This document shows, one piece after another, positions 13,249 to 25,781 of a stretch of 64,000 nt of DNA; positions within the stretch are counted from its first letter, which is position 1, and every line of letters starts with the position of its first letter. Origin of the DNA: Eledone cirrhosa (taxonomy: Eukaryota); assembly GCA_964016885.1 (NCBI GenBank), contig OZ024741.1, forward strand, positions 161,386,001 through 161,450,000. The letters run 5' to 3'. The translations under genes were made by a program, and so were the position numbers. The notes beneath the pieces are model-generated. The model searched no databases. It had not been told where the DNA came from and saw only the letters and a list, made by a program, of their open reading frames with translations.

Positions 13249-13619
13249 TAACAAATGGAAACTATATTTATAAAACCATATTTATTTCATTATACATATT
13301 TCAAGGACACCAAAGCAAATTATGGTGCGCTTTCATCAGATAAAATATAATATAGATCAGTTTTATAAACAAATATTGACATACCCTTAAAGAATGCAAC
13401 CATGTCGGTTGGAAGCTCCCGATTATATTTTATCTGATGAAAGCGCACCATAATTTGCTTTCGTGTTCTTGAAATATGTATAATGAAATAAATATGGTTT
13501 TATAAATATAGTTTCCATTTGTTAATATATTGTATTTTTACTCCAAAAATTTGTTGAGTGCTTTATTTCAGTTATAAAAATATTTGCTTGTTGTATCCCA
13601 ACAAATTAAATATAACTTC

Positions 13620-13625
<6 letters not shown>
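13243..13625 (+). mobile_element. Penelope-like pLTR remnant with inverted repeat (13243-13351 / 13422-13530), inserted in (TA)n
   Basis: Near-perfect inverted arms, each with a hammerhead core; 13495-13620 matches 6950-7070. Confidence 0.75.
13428..13484 (+). ncRNA. Hammerhead ribozyme motif (inverted copy at about 13288-13346, minus strand)
   Basis: ttttat-CTGATGA-aagcgcaccataatttgctttcgtgttctt-GAAA-tat-GTA-taat. Confidence 0.55.
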
Positions 13626-13677
<52 letters not shown>

Positions 13678-13761
13678 ACTATTTTCCCATTTTGACGCTT
13701 TAGTCACTTATATATTATGGAATACTGTTGGCTTCTTGCTACAATAATTTCTATACTTTTC

Positions 13762-13835
<74 letters not shown>

Positions 13836-14510
13836 ATGTTTGGATTTGCAATTACGAGGAGAAAATGCTCAATTCAAAAGCAGAGAATTTATATATTTTT
13901 ATATATAATTTCCAATAACATACAGATATATATATGTGTGTGTATTCTTTTATTCTTTCTGCCTGTACCAGCCTATGGACGATGGATCATGTTGAGACAC
14001 AATAAATACAAACATGCACACACATACACATATGTGTGTATATATATAATATACACACATGCACACATACGCGCCAGCGCACATTCAACCCATGACGACC
14101 ATTCTATGCCTCTATTACGGTCAGAAACACACTCTTACAGCTTGTACAGACTAACTACAACACACACGGACCAACAACTAACAGATATACAGACCCTCAT
14201 AAACTTATATACACGCACATATCCTTACAATTTCGTACTTACAACAAAACACATACACTCATAAACTTATATATATATTTCGTACGGACAAATAACAAAC
14301 ACACACACACACACACACGCACACACGCACACGCACGCACGCACACATGCTCTATATACAAAACGATTTTTTTTTTTTTTTCAGCTAGACGCGTTCGACC
14401 ACCGCCTTTTAAAACAATATCAACTTATGCAACAACGTCAGAATCAACAGTTTTCCAAGAGATGCCCACCGTCCACTATCTTTCTATTTCTTCTTTGATT
14501 TCTCATTTTA

Positions 14511-14547
14511 TTTTCTGATGAAGGACTAACGTCCGAAACATTAAGAC
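14511..14547 (+). ncRNA. Minimal hammerhead ribozyme motif
   Basis: tttt-CTGATGA-aGGACtaacGTCC-GAAA-ca-TTA-aga; canonical core and perfect stem II, weak stems I and III. Confidence 0.65.
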
Positions 14548-14630
14548 TCTTTTCTTACTATATCAAGCGTAAAACTAATATATTTCTTCATTGTACTGTG
14601 TCGTTTACTTTGATATTTCTGTTTGCATTT

Positions 14631-14667
<37 letters not shown>

Positions 14668-14910
14668 AAGATATATATATATATATATATATACATAGTT
14701 AATAAATGAAACAAAACACAGGAAGCAAAATAACACAGTTATATAAGGTTCATATATGAAACCAGCTGTTGAAACGTGCCTCGACTCTTTATAATATAGA
14801 CATACTCTACTATCCCAAGTATCGAGTACTCTGTTGAGTAATGCTCTAACTAGTTTAAAACTGGTTCTACCCTGATATATATATACATATATATATATAT
14901 ATCGCAAAGC

Positions 14911-14948
<38 letters not shown>

Positions 14949-15138
14949 ACGAAGGAGTTGTGGTAAGGAACCAGATGGACCATAACGCACCAGAGTACTC
15001 AATACTTAGGGTAGTAGAGTGGATAATAGGAAAATGTATGACCCCGACGGCAGAGCTCAAGCCGTTTCGACGGCTATTTTGAGTCCAGAAATAGCCGCCG
15101 AAATGGCTTGAGCTCTGCCGTCGGGGTCATACATTTTC

Positions 15139-15181
<43 letters not shown>

Positions 15182-15345
15182 TTTTTGAAATATTCATTTC
15201 CCCTATCTGCTCTCTGAGTTCAAATCCTGCGGAGGTCAACTTTGCCTTTTATATATTCAAGGTCGATAAAAATACTACCAGTCAAGTACTGGAGTTGATT
15301 CTTCCTCTATATCTCTTTCTCATTTCCCCTCTCTCTCTCCCCCCC

Positions 15346-15403
<58 letters not shown>

Positions 15404-15474
15404 GAAAGGTATAGAAATTGTTTTAGCGAGAAGCTAACAGTATATATAGAAATTGTTTTAGCGAGAAGCTAACA

Positions 15475-15504
<30 letters not shown>

Positions 15505-15510
<6 letters not shown>

Positions 15511-15730
15511 TTCTCAGGAGGAATTCTGCTATGTTGAGACCTGGAGAGATGGGCTGCGCCAGGTTTAAAAAATGCGCTAGAAAAATTCTATGGCGCCCCC
15601 ATCGACTCCTGCAGGAGTTACGGGACCTTGCCATACCATGTATTGGGTCATCAAGTATGAAATTTGTAGAAATTTGTTGTTTTTTTTTCTGCAAATCTCT
15701 ACAAATTTCATACTTGACGACCCAATATAT
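15505..15730. mobile_element. Non-autonomous element with an internal hairpin (possibly Helitron-related)
   Basis: tgggtcatcaagtatgaaatttgtaga ... tctacaaatttcatacttgacgaccca inverted pair; starts at the edge of a (TA)n tract. Confidence 0.4.
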
Positions 15731-15811
15731 ATGTGGGGGGGGGGGGTTTGAATCCTGGATTCAATCGAGGGTAACCGCAGTAAGTAAGGTACTCAATTAG
15801 TAAAGTGTATA

Positions 15812-15927
15812 AAACAAATTTAATATAGAAATGGCTTCTACGTGACTAGAACTGTTTCATTCCTGATGATTTCCTTGGAATGAAACAGTTCTAGCCCTGT
15901 AGAAGCCATTTCTATATTAAATTTGTT
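15812..15927. repeat. Near-perfect ~115-nt hairpin overlapping a hammerhead core; family members at 12300-12410, 41270-41365, 55790-56310
   Basis: aacaaatttaatatagaaatggcttctac..ctagaactgtttcattcc / ggaatgaaacagttctag..gtagaagccatttctatattaaatttgtt; CTGATGA-tttccttggaat-GAAA at 15863-15885. Confidence 0.8.
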
Positions 15928-16346
15928 ATATTTCTTCTAACTTTAATTTTATACCTAATTGTGTATGGTTGACGGTATATTTAATCGATTTCCACGTGCT
16001 ATTTAAATGTTGGGTAAATATTCTATAGCGGTTGATCGCGAATAAATTGCTGTCGTTTATTTATCTACTATTTCTTCAGAGGTGCCTTTTAATCTTATAG
16101 CCTGGTTTAATTGGTTTTTTGTGTGGTTGATTATGCTAATTGGGAGAGGAAATGGTGTATATATATTATCAAATGATTCTATGGACATACTTTATAGTAT
16201 ATATATATAAAGTTTAAAATACAAAAATGTTATCAACGATATAATTCAATTGGATACAGAGTCAAAATAGAAATATTAAAAAACAATGAAATTAAACACA
16301 AAACTGTTAATTCATAGTAAAACTCAGTTTTACTATGAATTAACAG

Positions 16347-16418
<72 letters not shown>

Positions 16419-16455
16419 TATATATATACACACTCACACATACATATATATACAT

Positions 16456-16496
<41 letters not shown>

Positions 16497-17189
16497 AAAC
16501 GTACACATTCGTACCTATGTATATATATGCATGTGTGTGTATGTCTGTATATATTTATGTATGCATATAAGTATGTGTGAATGTATGTAGGTAGGTAGGT
16601 ATGTTTTAACTGTAAGACAATTCCAATATGTTTACCATTTCCTGCTTCTATTTACCTATCATAGAACTTGCTGACATAATCTCATTCTTCCTCTTTCTGC
16701 CTCTCTCTCTCTCTCTCTCTCTTACTACCTAATTTTTCTTTTTCTTCTCTCTCTTCCCCTCCTTATATATATATATGGGGAGTGTGTATACACACACACA
16801 TACACACACACATTTATACAGGCACAAACAGATTTCTGACATGTACATTAACTAATTATTTCATTCTTGTAATTACGTATACAACATCACCAATTTTGTA
16901 CGTGTGAGTGTAGTAATAATAATTATTATTATTGTTATTGTTGTTTCTTCTCTCAGCTTCTAACGCTGGAGATGTATTGCAGTGTTAGATGTTTACTACC
17001 AGTGAACTGAGGTAACACCCCTTTTTTTCCCTGTACCCTCCGGAGTATTCGAGCTGTTCCAAGCAATGCTGTCTTTTGTAAGTGCTCCATGAGACTGGAA
17101 TGTCTTCAAGTGCTCTCCGTAAATCGGTCAGTACGATCGGTGGAAACTCTTCCTCGGCGTTCTTTAAAGGGTTAGTGGGGGGGGTAAGA

Positions 17190-17960
17190 GCGATGACGCC
17201 CTTGGGGAGACTCTGAGCATTGACGAAAATCAACTAGCCACTCTTTTCCAGAGGACTTTCGGTCTAGAGCCCATGGACAACTTCCAGAAATCCCTCGCCT
17301 GGCAGTTCTACCGAGGAGCTTTGCCAGTTCGAGATAAACTCTACAGGCATAGAAATGCCGTCAGCCGGGCCCGTACGAGATGCATTTGAGCAATTAAACA
17401 GTCATGCATTCACTCATCAAGTGTCCGAGTATTGCTGACCTGTGTGTTTATGTCGAGCACCTGCTGTCATGTGTAGGACGGATCCAACTATCAACTAAGT
17501 CCATTGTGAAGATCACTCCGTCGTCCTCCTTTAGAGGAAAAGGGCAGGCAGTTTTTTTATCTGCCTGGTGGTCATGGCGAAAGAGGTTATGTGGTGGACG
17601 TGTTTGAAAGGGTTGAAAACAGCCACTTTCCTCTTCGGCGAAGCCCTGATTAATTTTTTCAGGTTTTACTTGAAGAGGAAAATCAGGGTGGAGAGAGAAA
17701 TGCTGCCTTCCAACCAGTTTGTTGAAAGGCGGGTGAAAGTGACGAACATGGTCCTTGTGAATGGGCCTGCCTTGAGCATATGTCTATAGATTGGAGGAGA
17801 ACAACTGGGAGAGGGCACTTTGACTAGCGGACCGTGGCTTTTGTGTAATTTCTCCACGAATGACCCTTGGAGTCTTCTCACCTTTGGGGGATTCAACCTC
17901 TATGTTTGATGGTTGTTACTTTGGGAACGAACCCCTTTAAAAGGGCTATCAGTTTTTTTT
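17190..17960 (+). mobile_element. Decayed 3' part of a Tx1-like LINE ORF2 (relative of 49710-55335)
   Basis: atggacaacttccagaaatccctcgcctggcag..ctaccgaggagct..ccagttcgagataaactctacag matches 54586-54660; KRKIRVEREML..NQFVERRVKV..VNGPALSICL parallels the ORF2 C-terminus. Confidence 0.88.
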
Positions 17961-18064
17961 GTTGGCCCTCTTACCAGTACGAAGTTTTCAGTCGATGTCG
18001 GTAGTTGTTGTGGTTGTGTATGTTTTCTTTTATTTGAGATGAGTTGTGGTGGTAGTGTTGGTGT

Positions 18065-20405
18065 TGCTAGAATCTGGAACATCAAAACCTTTACAGGTTA
18101 GGAGCAGGAACTAGTGGAGAAGGCTAGGTGTTCCTGGATAGATATAGTCGGAGTTTTCTCAACAAAGTTCCATGGCTCTGATACTGTGTAGATTTGGATG
18201 AAGGATTGAAACTCCACTATTCAGTTGTGGAGCCAGACATGACTACACTGGCAGGAGAGGGGGTACTGACAAGCCCCCGGCTGTCAGAATGTATTATGGA
18301 CTGGATCCCATTGGGTGGGAGTACTTTCTTCTTGAGGCTTAGGCTGGAAGATAGGTCTCTGTTGGTGGTGCAAGTTTATGCACTAAGCAAAGAGTCTGAA
18401 TACAGATCCTTCCTTGATGAAGTCACTGCAGCGTTAGATGTAGTTAAGAATGGGTCATATATCCTGATGGGAGACTTCAATGTAGATGTTGGCACTGATC
18501 ACCAGACATGGAAAGGAGTGATTGGAAGGAATGGCGATCCCAATCTAAATACGAATTGAGAGACCTTATTACACTTCTGTTCTAGCAACGGACTCTCTAT
18601 TATGAACACATTCTTCCAACAGAGAGACATCCATAAATATATAGGTATAAGGGGAATCAGGGACAGAGATCAATAATTGATTTTGTTATTTTCTCTGATC
18701 TCTTTGATCCTGTGCTGGATGTTCGTGTTAAGAGAGGGGCCGAGCTGTCAACTGATCACCATCTAGTTATCTGCCTAGGGAGGCCCACAAAACTAGCAGG
18801 TCCACGACGACCTACAGGATAAAGTGAGAAGCATTGGTGGATAAGGAAGTCAGGACTAGGTATGTAGATACTATTGCATTCAAATTCAGAGAATTCCCTG
18901 AGAACTGAGGACGTTGAGACAGGGTGGAGATTGTGTAGCACAACAGTTTATGCTTCAGCTGTTAAATGCTGCGGGCGAAAGAGGCTTGGTGAGGTGCCGG
19001 ACGGCAGGAAGACCCCTTGGTTCAATCAAGAGGTCAAAGATGCCATCCGAGCAAAGGAGGCTTATAAAGCTTGCCTTGTAAATAAATCCTCCTTATTGAA
19101 CTTCGGGTACAAGCAGGCACGAATAATCGCAGCAGAGACAGTAAAGGCGTCAGAATTCAGATCAGCAAATAAAGGGTTCTGGCAAAAAAATCGGCAGACT
19201 TTGTCACAAGAAGTTCTCCGCCACACCTGCTATCAAGAACGCCTCTGGGGTTCTCCTCTTTTCAGAGAGGTGCATTCTCACGAGGTGAGAAGAAGAATTT
19301 TCTGATCTCCTAGACCCGACCATCTTCTGATAAACACGAGGTGCATTTGGGAGCGGTGACTAATTTCTCAGAGGCTGAGTCATAAGAGCAATTAAAAAGC
19401 TCAAATGTGACAAGGCCGCTGGGGAAGATGAAATTTGGCTCGAGATGTTAAAAGCTTTAAATAGAGAAGGTATTCTCTGGTTGACTCAAGTGTGCCGGGT
19501 AGCCTGGATCTCAGGAAAGGCACCTAAGCATTGGCAATCGGCAGTGATAATCCCAATTTTCAAAAAGGAGACAACAGAGATTGTTCCAGTTATAAAGGGA
19601 TATCCTTGTTAAGCCTGCCCAGTAAAGTCTATGCTAAGTGTCTGGCAAAGAGATGCAGGGAGATTGTCGAGTCCAAGCTAGCTGATGAACAGTGTGGTTT
19701 TCGCTACGAATGCAGCACAACCGACCAAATATTTACACTGCGGCAGGTCTTCGAGGTATATTCTTGTTTTGTCGACCTTGAAATGTCATATGATCGCATT
19801 CAAAGTGACCAGCTGTGGAAGGTTCTGCAGTTGTATGGTATCGATGGTCAGCTCCTCTCTGCCATGGTGTCGCTATACGAATGCCCGAGTATTTGTGTTC
19901 GGATAGATGATGCTAGATCGAAACCATTCAATGTGGGAGTCGGACTCCACCAAGAGTGCATACTGTCACCTCTCTTGTTCATTATTTACATGAACAGGAT
20001 TGACATGCGCAGCCGGGTTGGAAGTGATATCATGACTGGCGAGTGTAAAATCAGTCGGCTGGAATTTGCAGACAACATAGTGTTACATAACTCGTCAGAA
20101 AGTGATCTTCGACTTGCACTTAATAAGTTTAATGCCGAGTGCTGCATGGCTGGAATGAAAATTGGTGCTGTGAAACCTGAGACGCTCATCCTCTCAAGCA
20201 AATCTGCGCAGTGCGCTCTATATGTAAATGGAGTTCTACTGAAGCACATAGAGAAATTTAAATATCTCGGGGCCGTGTTCACGAGTGATGGAAGGCAGGG
20301 GGCTGAATTAAGTGTAAGGATTGGAGGAGCTGGCGCAATAATGCGCCAACATCAGCACCAGAAATCAGAATAAGGGATGTGGGTGAAAAAGCCAAACTCG
20401 CTATC
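18065..20405 (+). mobile_element. Degenerate RTE-clade LINE (AP endonuclease + RT), multiple stops and frameshifts
   Basis: WNIKTFTG, VQVYA, ILMGDFN, TDHHLV endonuclease motifs; KKGD..DCSSYKGISLLS, EQCGFR, FVDLE..YD, GLHQECILSPLLF, FADN, FKYLG RT motifs. Confidence 0.9.
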
Positions 20406-20419
20406 TTATTTTTAAAATA

Positions 20420-20900
20420 AAGGTGATTCTGCCATTAAAGCCGCAAAAACAAAGTGTTGGCAAAACCTGAAGGCAAAAGAGTGTGTGCACTAAATGGGAG
20501 CAAAACTCACTGCATGGGCAGTATGTCCTCCGTAAAAAAGAATCTGATGTAGATCAAGCTCTCACCCATCAGTGGCTGCGGAGTTCTGGTCTAAAGACAG
20601 AGAGAGCTTCATTTTGACTGCACAAGACCAGTGTCTTTCCATTCTCAACTTTCAAGCCAATGTGATCAGAAATGCAACTGACCCAAAATGTCGATTCTGT
20701 GATGATCATGTTGAGACCATTGACACCTCGTTTCAGACTGCAAAGTATTAGCTCCCCGTGAATATAAAACGAAGCATGGTAGAGTAGGGCAATAATTACA
20801 CTGGGTAATATGCAGGTTTTATTGTCTGAAAACGAAGGGAAAATGGAACAACCATCACTCAGATGCAGTAACAGAAGGCGAGAACGTAACAATTCTTAAA
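20420..20900 (+). mobile_element. Decayed R4/Dong-like LINE fragment
   Basis: Frames read KLTAWAV / THQWLRSSGLKTE..FILTAQDQCL / KCRFCDDHVETID, the post-RT region and zinc knuckle of RLE elements. Confidence 0.65.
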
Positions 20901-21857
20901 TCAACACCAGTACTTGACAGGTACTTCTTTAACAACAACAAACACCGGTGGATGAAAAGTAAAGCTGACCTTGGGAGAATTTGAACGCAGAATCTAAAGA
21001 GCCGGAGAAAATACCGTTAAGCATTTTGTCCGATGCTCTAACGATTCTGGTAATCAACCACCCTTATACATATAGGGAAAATGATTATAAAGATTTGAAG
21101 ATACACTTTATGTTTTTATATGCATGCAAATACATAATTCACAACAAAAAGAAATGAGTTCATACAATATATATTATACTTTCTTTTTCAGAAATAGTCA
21201 TGATTATCTAATTGTTGTTTATACTAACCGGTTTCACTATGAGTAGCTTTTCAAAGATACTTACGATTGTAAAGCTGCCACCGTAATTAATCCTGAAGTT
21301 AGAAATTGCAAACCGACCTAACAGCAGAGTATGCAGTTACCCATTAGAATGTCTCAACTTTTACTTCAAAATTAAAAACGACCTCTTATGTAACTCCTAC
21401 AATTCAATATATGACATATAGAGGTTGCCATGAATACTACATTCGTCAAACGAGTCGGACACTCCGGTAACGGGCGATAGTACACCGTCAATAAATTAGG
21501 GGACCGTACACTACAAAAATTCCTATAGAGAGGTGTGGAGGACGAACATTGCCAAATTTCGATGTTTTCCCATTCTATCAATGCAGCTATTCGGTATGGG
21601 AACATTGCATTAACAAAGAATTAAACCTTATAACTAAATGTAAACCAAAACTAAACTCGTACAGTGGATAACACATTTAATTCATTGTCACATAAAAGTT
21701 GTGTCCCTTGTCATGGGCTGTATCCTTGTCATAAGCAAGGATGCAACAAGCTGCGTCCCATCGTTTAAAAAAGACGTAAGCGACAAATAACAACATATGA
21801 ACTAATTTATTTTCGTCGTATAGCGTAGATTTGTTTATATATTAAAAAAAACATCAG

Positions 21858-22048
21858 GTGCATCATCGGCAGTATCGGTAGAGCGTTAGACACCATGCTT
21901 TGCAGCATAGAGTTATGACACCTTTACGTTCTGAAGTCAAATCCCGCCAAGCTTAACTTTGCCTTTCATCCTTACGGGGTCGATAAAATAAAGTACCAAT
22001 AATGCACAGGGTAATTGCTGGGCTTCTGCCAAAAGTAGAAACAATTAT
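21858..22048 (+). mobile_element. tRNA-derived SINE
   Basis: ggcagtatcggtagagcg...ttctgaagtcaaatcccgcc...gcctttcatccttacggggtcgataaaataaagtacca...gtagaaacaattatt; another copy at 20905-21065 (minus). Confidence 0.85.
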
Positions 22049-22127
22049 TTTTCCATGTGTGTGTGGGGGGAGCAACTCAACAAAAGATTAGGAGAGGAGC
22101 CGTGTGCGTCACGGATAATATTGTGGA

Positions 22128-22448
22128 ATTGGCAAGATACGAAAACTTCAAGGCCATCGGCTGTCGAAATTGACGTAGACAGTTTCGACTTCTTCCGACA
22201 GTACTGCTGCTTGCGCGTCACTGATTTTGTGAACATTTAATTATATTCGTATTTTGTCCTCACCATGTAATTTCACGTAAATTCTGCTTCATTTTTGTCT
22301 TGTAAAATACTCCAGGACAGAATTTAATAACTACCTTGTTAGACATAGTGATCCTGAATGGACCAGCAGTACTGATGGTGGGACTCGAAACTGTCTACGT
22401 CCATGTCAACAGCCGATAGTCCCGGAGTTTTGTATCTGTTGCTAATTT
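22128..22448. repeat. Diverged inverted repeat (~85-bp arms) with degenerate hammerhead cores
   Basis: 22128-22212 mirrors 22364-22448; the right arm reads gta-CTGATGG-tgggactc-GAAA-ct-GTC-tac. Confidence 0.6.
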
Positions 22449-22479
22449 TGCAATGTGTGTGTGTGTGTGTGCGTGTGTG

Positions 22480-22519
<40 letters not shown>

Positions 22520-23013
22520 TGCGTGCGTGGCTCAAATCTGCGTATGTTTTCAATCAAAAATAGCAGCATGACCACTTCGAGAACAAAAAAGACAAACAAT
22601 GCACAGACACGCGGGGAATCAATGCTGCCTCTTCAGCCACCGACTGTAGATTATGCAACAACCAGGTTTCGATGCATATAGAGCCTATAACTATATGCTT
22701 TATCCGCTCACTACACATGGCCAATTTAAATTTTAAAAAGTTGTTAATTAACCTACAGTTGGTGGCTGATGATGCAAGGAATATTTTCCATAATGCGGTG
22801 TAACTACAATTTAGTGCCCCTCCCCAACATACACATCAACTCTGTTTGCTCATAACTTTATTAATAATGTATATTTTAAACACTATTTTTATACAAATGG
22901 ATGATTTGCACACAACATTTATAACATGTTTCGCGATACGGAATTCTGTACTAATGCAAAATTTTCAGCAACGCAATTTTCTGTAACGTGGAATAAGCCT
23001 ATAGATGCATTTA

Positions 23014-23330
23014 ATAATTGTTTCTACGTTAGGCACAAGGCCAGCAATTATCCAGTGTATTACTGGTACTTTATTTTATCGACCCCGTAAGGATGAAAGG
23101 CAAAGTTAAAATAATGATTTCTACTTTAGGCACAAGGCCAGCAATTTTGGTGGGGATGGGAAAGTCGATTAAATCGACCCAGTGCATTACTGGTACTTTA
23201 TTTTATCGACCTCGTAAGGATGAAAGGCAAAGCTAACCTCGGCGGGATTTGAATACAGAACGTAAAGAGCCGTAACTCGATGCCTCAAAGTGTATGTCCG
23301 ACGCACTACCGATTTTGCTAATCCACCACC
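23014..23330 (-). mobile_element. tRNA-derived SINE, one partial and one full copy in tandem
   Basis: Same consensus as 10429-10990; further copies at 23935-24102 and 26790-26940. Confidence 0.85.
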
Positions 23331-24616
23331 CTCATTTTATATTTTAGCAGGATGGAATGAGTCGTCGTGTTCACCACTTTAGCAGGGTAGTAGAATGAAG
23401 GGTCGTTAGTTGCCAGTGTGGTAAGTGATAGTATCCTCGTTGGATTATCTTGCCGACACAGACGTGAGGGAAGGTCCCTCGATCTATTTACCATCTTAGT
23501 ATTTACAATATTCCTTTCGTCAGGTCGCCAATTCCAGCAGCATGGATTATAGATGTTATTGAGACACGAGCAACATAACAATGATTCCAACAGCAGAAAT
23601 TAGAGATGAAATGTATGTTTATTTTTGATGTAGCACAAACAATGTTTGTTAACTTATATGGTTGAAGTTACAGATAAAAAGAGGTTACAAAAGGGAATGT
23701 GCCATTGCGCCGAAAAGCCGGCGAGGCTAGGGTGCAATATCTCACCGTTACATTATGCGTGTTGCTGGTTCGAAGTTTCTGGTACAAGAGAGAGATTCTT
23801 CAAATCTTCGCGGGGAATTTCTTCCTCAGGGCGCGTAGGGATACATCCTCTTCTACTGGCGCTGATTGGCTGAACTGAGCCAAATCACGCACAGAGAATG
23901 TATGTGAGCCCGCGGAATGTAGGTCACTACAATATAATAATTGTTTCTACTTTTGGCACAAGGCCAGCAGTTATTCCAGTGCATTACTGGTACTTTATTT
24001 TATCGACCCCGTAAGGATGAAGGATTTGAACTCAGACCATAAAGAGCCATCTCTATGCTGCAAATCATGGCGTCCGACCCTCTACCGATACTGCCAATCC
24101 ACAGTCAGTTACATATGACATATACAACTTCTACACCCATTTAGCATCCACACCCATACATTTAACTGTTCAGAAATATAATTCAATATTGTGTTTGAGT
24201 GTTAATGTTTTTGAGCCTTTCTTTGTTTGTCTGTTTGTGTATGTGGGTGTATGGGTGTATCACACAACATTTGAAGAGCGACGCCAAAATGGCAGGTGTC
24301 ATTCGTCTGTCTATTGAACGACGATATTGCTGTCATTTTCAAGTATGACTATGATAGTCCCTGGACAATACCACATTCATTGGTGACACCAACAAAGTCT
24401 GCCATTATTCATAGAAAATAAAATATGATATAAGAGTTGCCACCGTTTTAAAGAGATCATTTGTGTGTCGATGTACAGTTTGCAATGACGTTAATTCATA
24501 CTATTGTCGTACATGACTTAGTAGTAGACACAGATATATAAGTAATAGGCATACACACATAAATTCTTCTTCTCCCACCTATACCTGAGATGGTTATGAG
24601 GACAGAGTACTCAGAC

Positions 24617-24790
24617 CAGTGCCGGATTTAGGACAAATGAAACTCTGTGCTAGTTATGAACGTTTGACATTTGAAATACATTTGAAAAATTCATCGTAAA
24701 AAAATTTTGGGTAAGAAGATGGCCACCAGCCTCCTGGCTAACGAGCCCTGTGCTTAAGCACACCTAAGCACAATGGTAAATGCGGCACTA
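24617..24790. mobile_element. hAT-like MITE
   Basis: TIRs cagtgccggattta / taaatgcggcacta; 8-bp target-site duplication actcagac (24609-24616) vs cctcagac (24791-24798). Confidence 0.75.
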
Positions 24791-25075
24791 CCTCAGACTC
24801 ACTTTCGAGAGGGTTCTATCAGAAGCAAGCATCACCAAATGAGACCAACCGATCTTATGGATGATATCCAACTATCTTGCTCGTGATCTACCTCTAGGCC
24901 CCTCACCGGTTGGTTTTGCCCGTAAAATCTGACGTTTGATACGAAGAAGTAACAACTCTACTTGGAGCGACTAACACAAACACCAAATTGAAGATAACAA
25001 GTTTGGCTTTTACACCTATCTCCATTCTTCTGGTGACTGAATGTTGAAGAAGGTGCATTATTATCCAAAAGAGAA

Positions 25076-25298
25076 GGGCGGTGGATTGGCAAAATTAGTA
25101 GAGTGTCGGACAACATGCTTTGAAGCATAGAGTTATGGTCCCTTACGTTCTGAGTTCAAATCCTGTCGAGGTTAACTTTGCCTTTCATCCTTACAGGGTC
25201 GATAAAATAAAGCACCAGTAATGCACTGGGGTCGATTTAATCGACTTTCCCTTTCCCTTCAAATTGCTGGCCTTGTGTCAAATATAGAAACAATTATT
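25076..25298 (+). mobile_element. Full-length tRNA-derived SINE
   Basis: ggcggtggattggc...agtagagtgtcggac...ctgagttcaaatcc...gtcgatttaatcgac...gaaacaattattat. Confidence 0.88.
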
Positions 25299-25379
25299 AT
25301 CCATAAGAGAACAAACGATGCTTGCATCACATTAAAATAAAAATTGCTACTTTAGTTATGTAGCAAGAGTTGCCTCTCT

Positions 25380-25781
25380 TGTTATGACATCACCGCTCTC
25401 TAGACAGGAAGTAGCTGGAGTTACTTCCCGTTGGGGTGGCAGAACCCTTTTTGTCACTTCCGTCCTGAGACCCTATAAAAGGGATAGGTCAGGGCGATCT
25501 CACTCTCTCGCCTCTTGAATCCCAAAGTGTTAACGACACCTGCGACCTTGTCATGAGATGACTCCTGTCTCATTTCCTTCGCCATCAAGAAGAAGAATTC
25601 CTGCCTCATTTCCTTCGCCACTCAAGAAGAATGCCACCGGCAGCCTAAGAAAATGTTAACACCTCCAAGAGAAGATCTCTGTTCTTCTCCACACACTTCA
25701 GCCTAGGAGTTGTGACCAACGGGTAACCATTTATTTATATTAATCCATTTGACTTCTGTGAAGTAAAACCTTGTCACAACA
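25380..25781 (+). mobile_element. Possible solo LTR
   Basis: TG...CA ends with 9/10 inverted match (tgttatgaca / tgtcacaaca), TATAAAAG at about 25474, agtaaa near the 3' end; no clear TSD. Confidence 0.4.
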
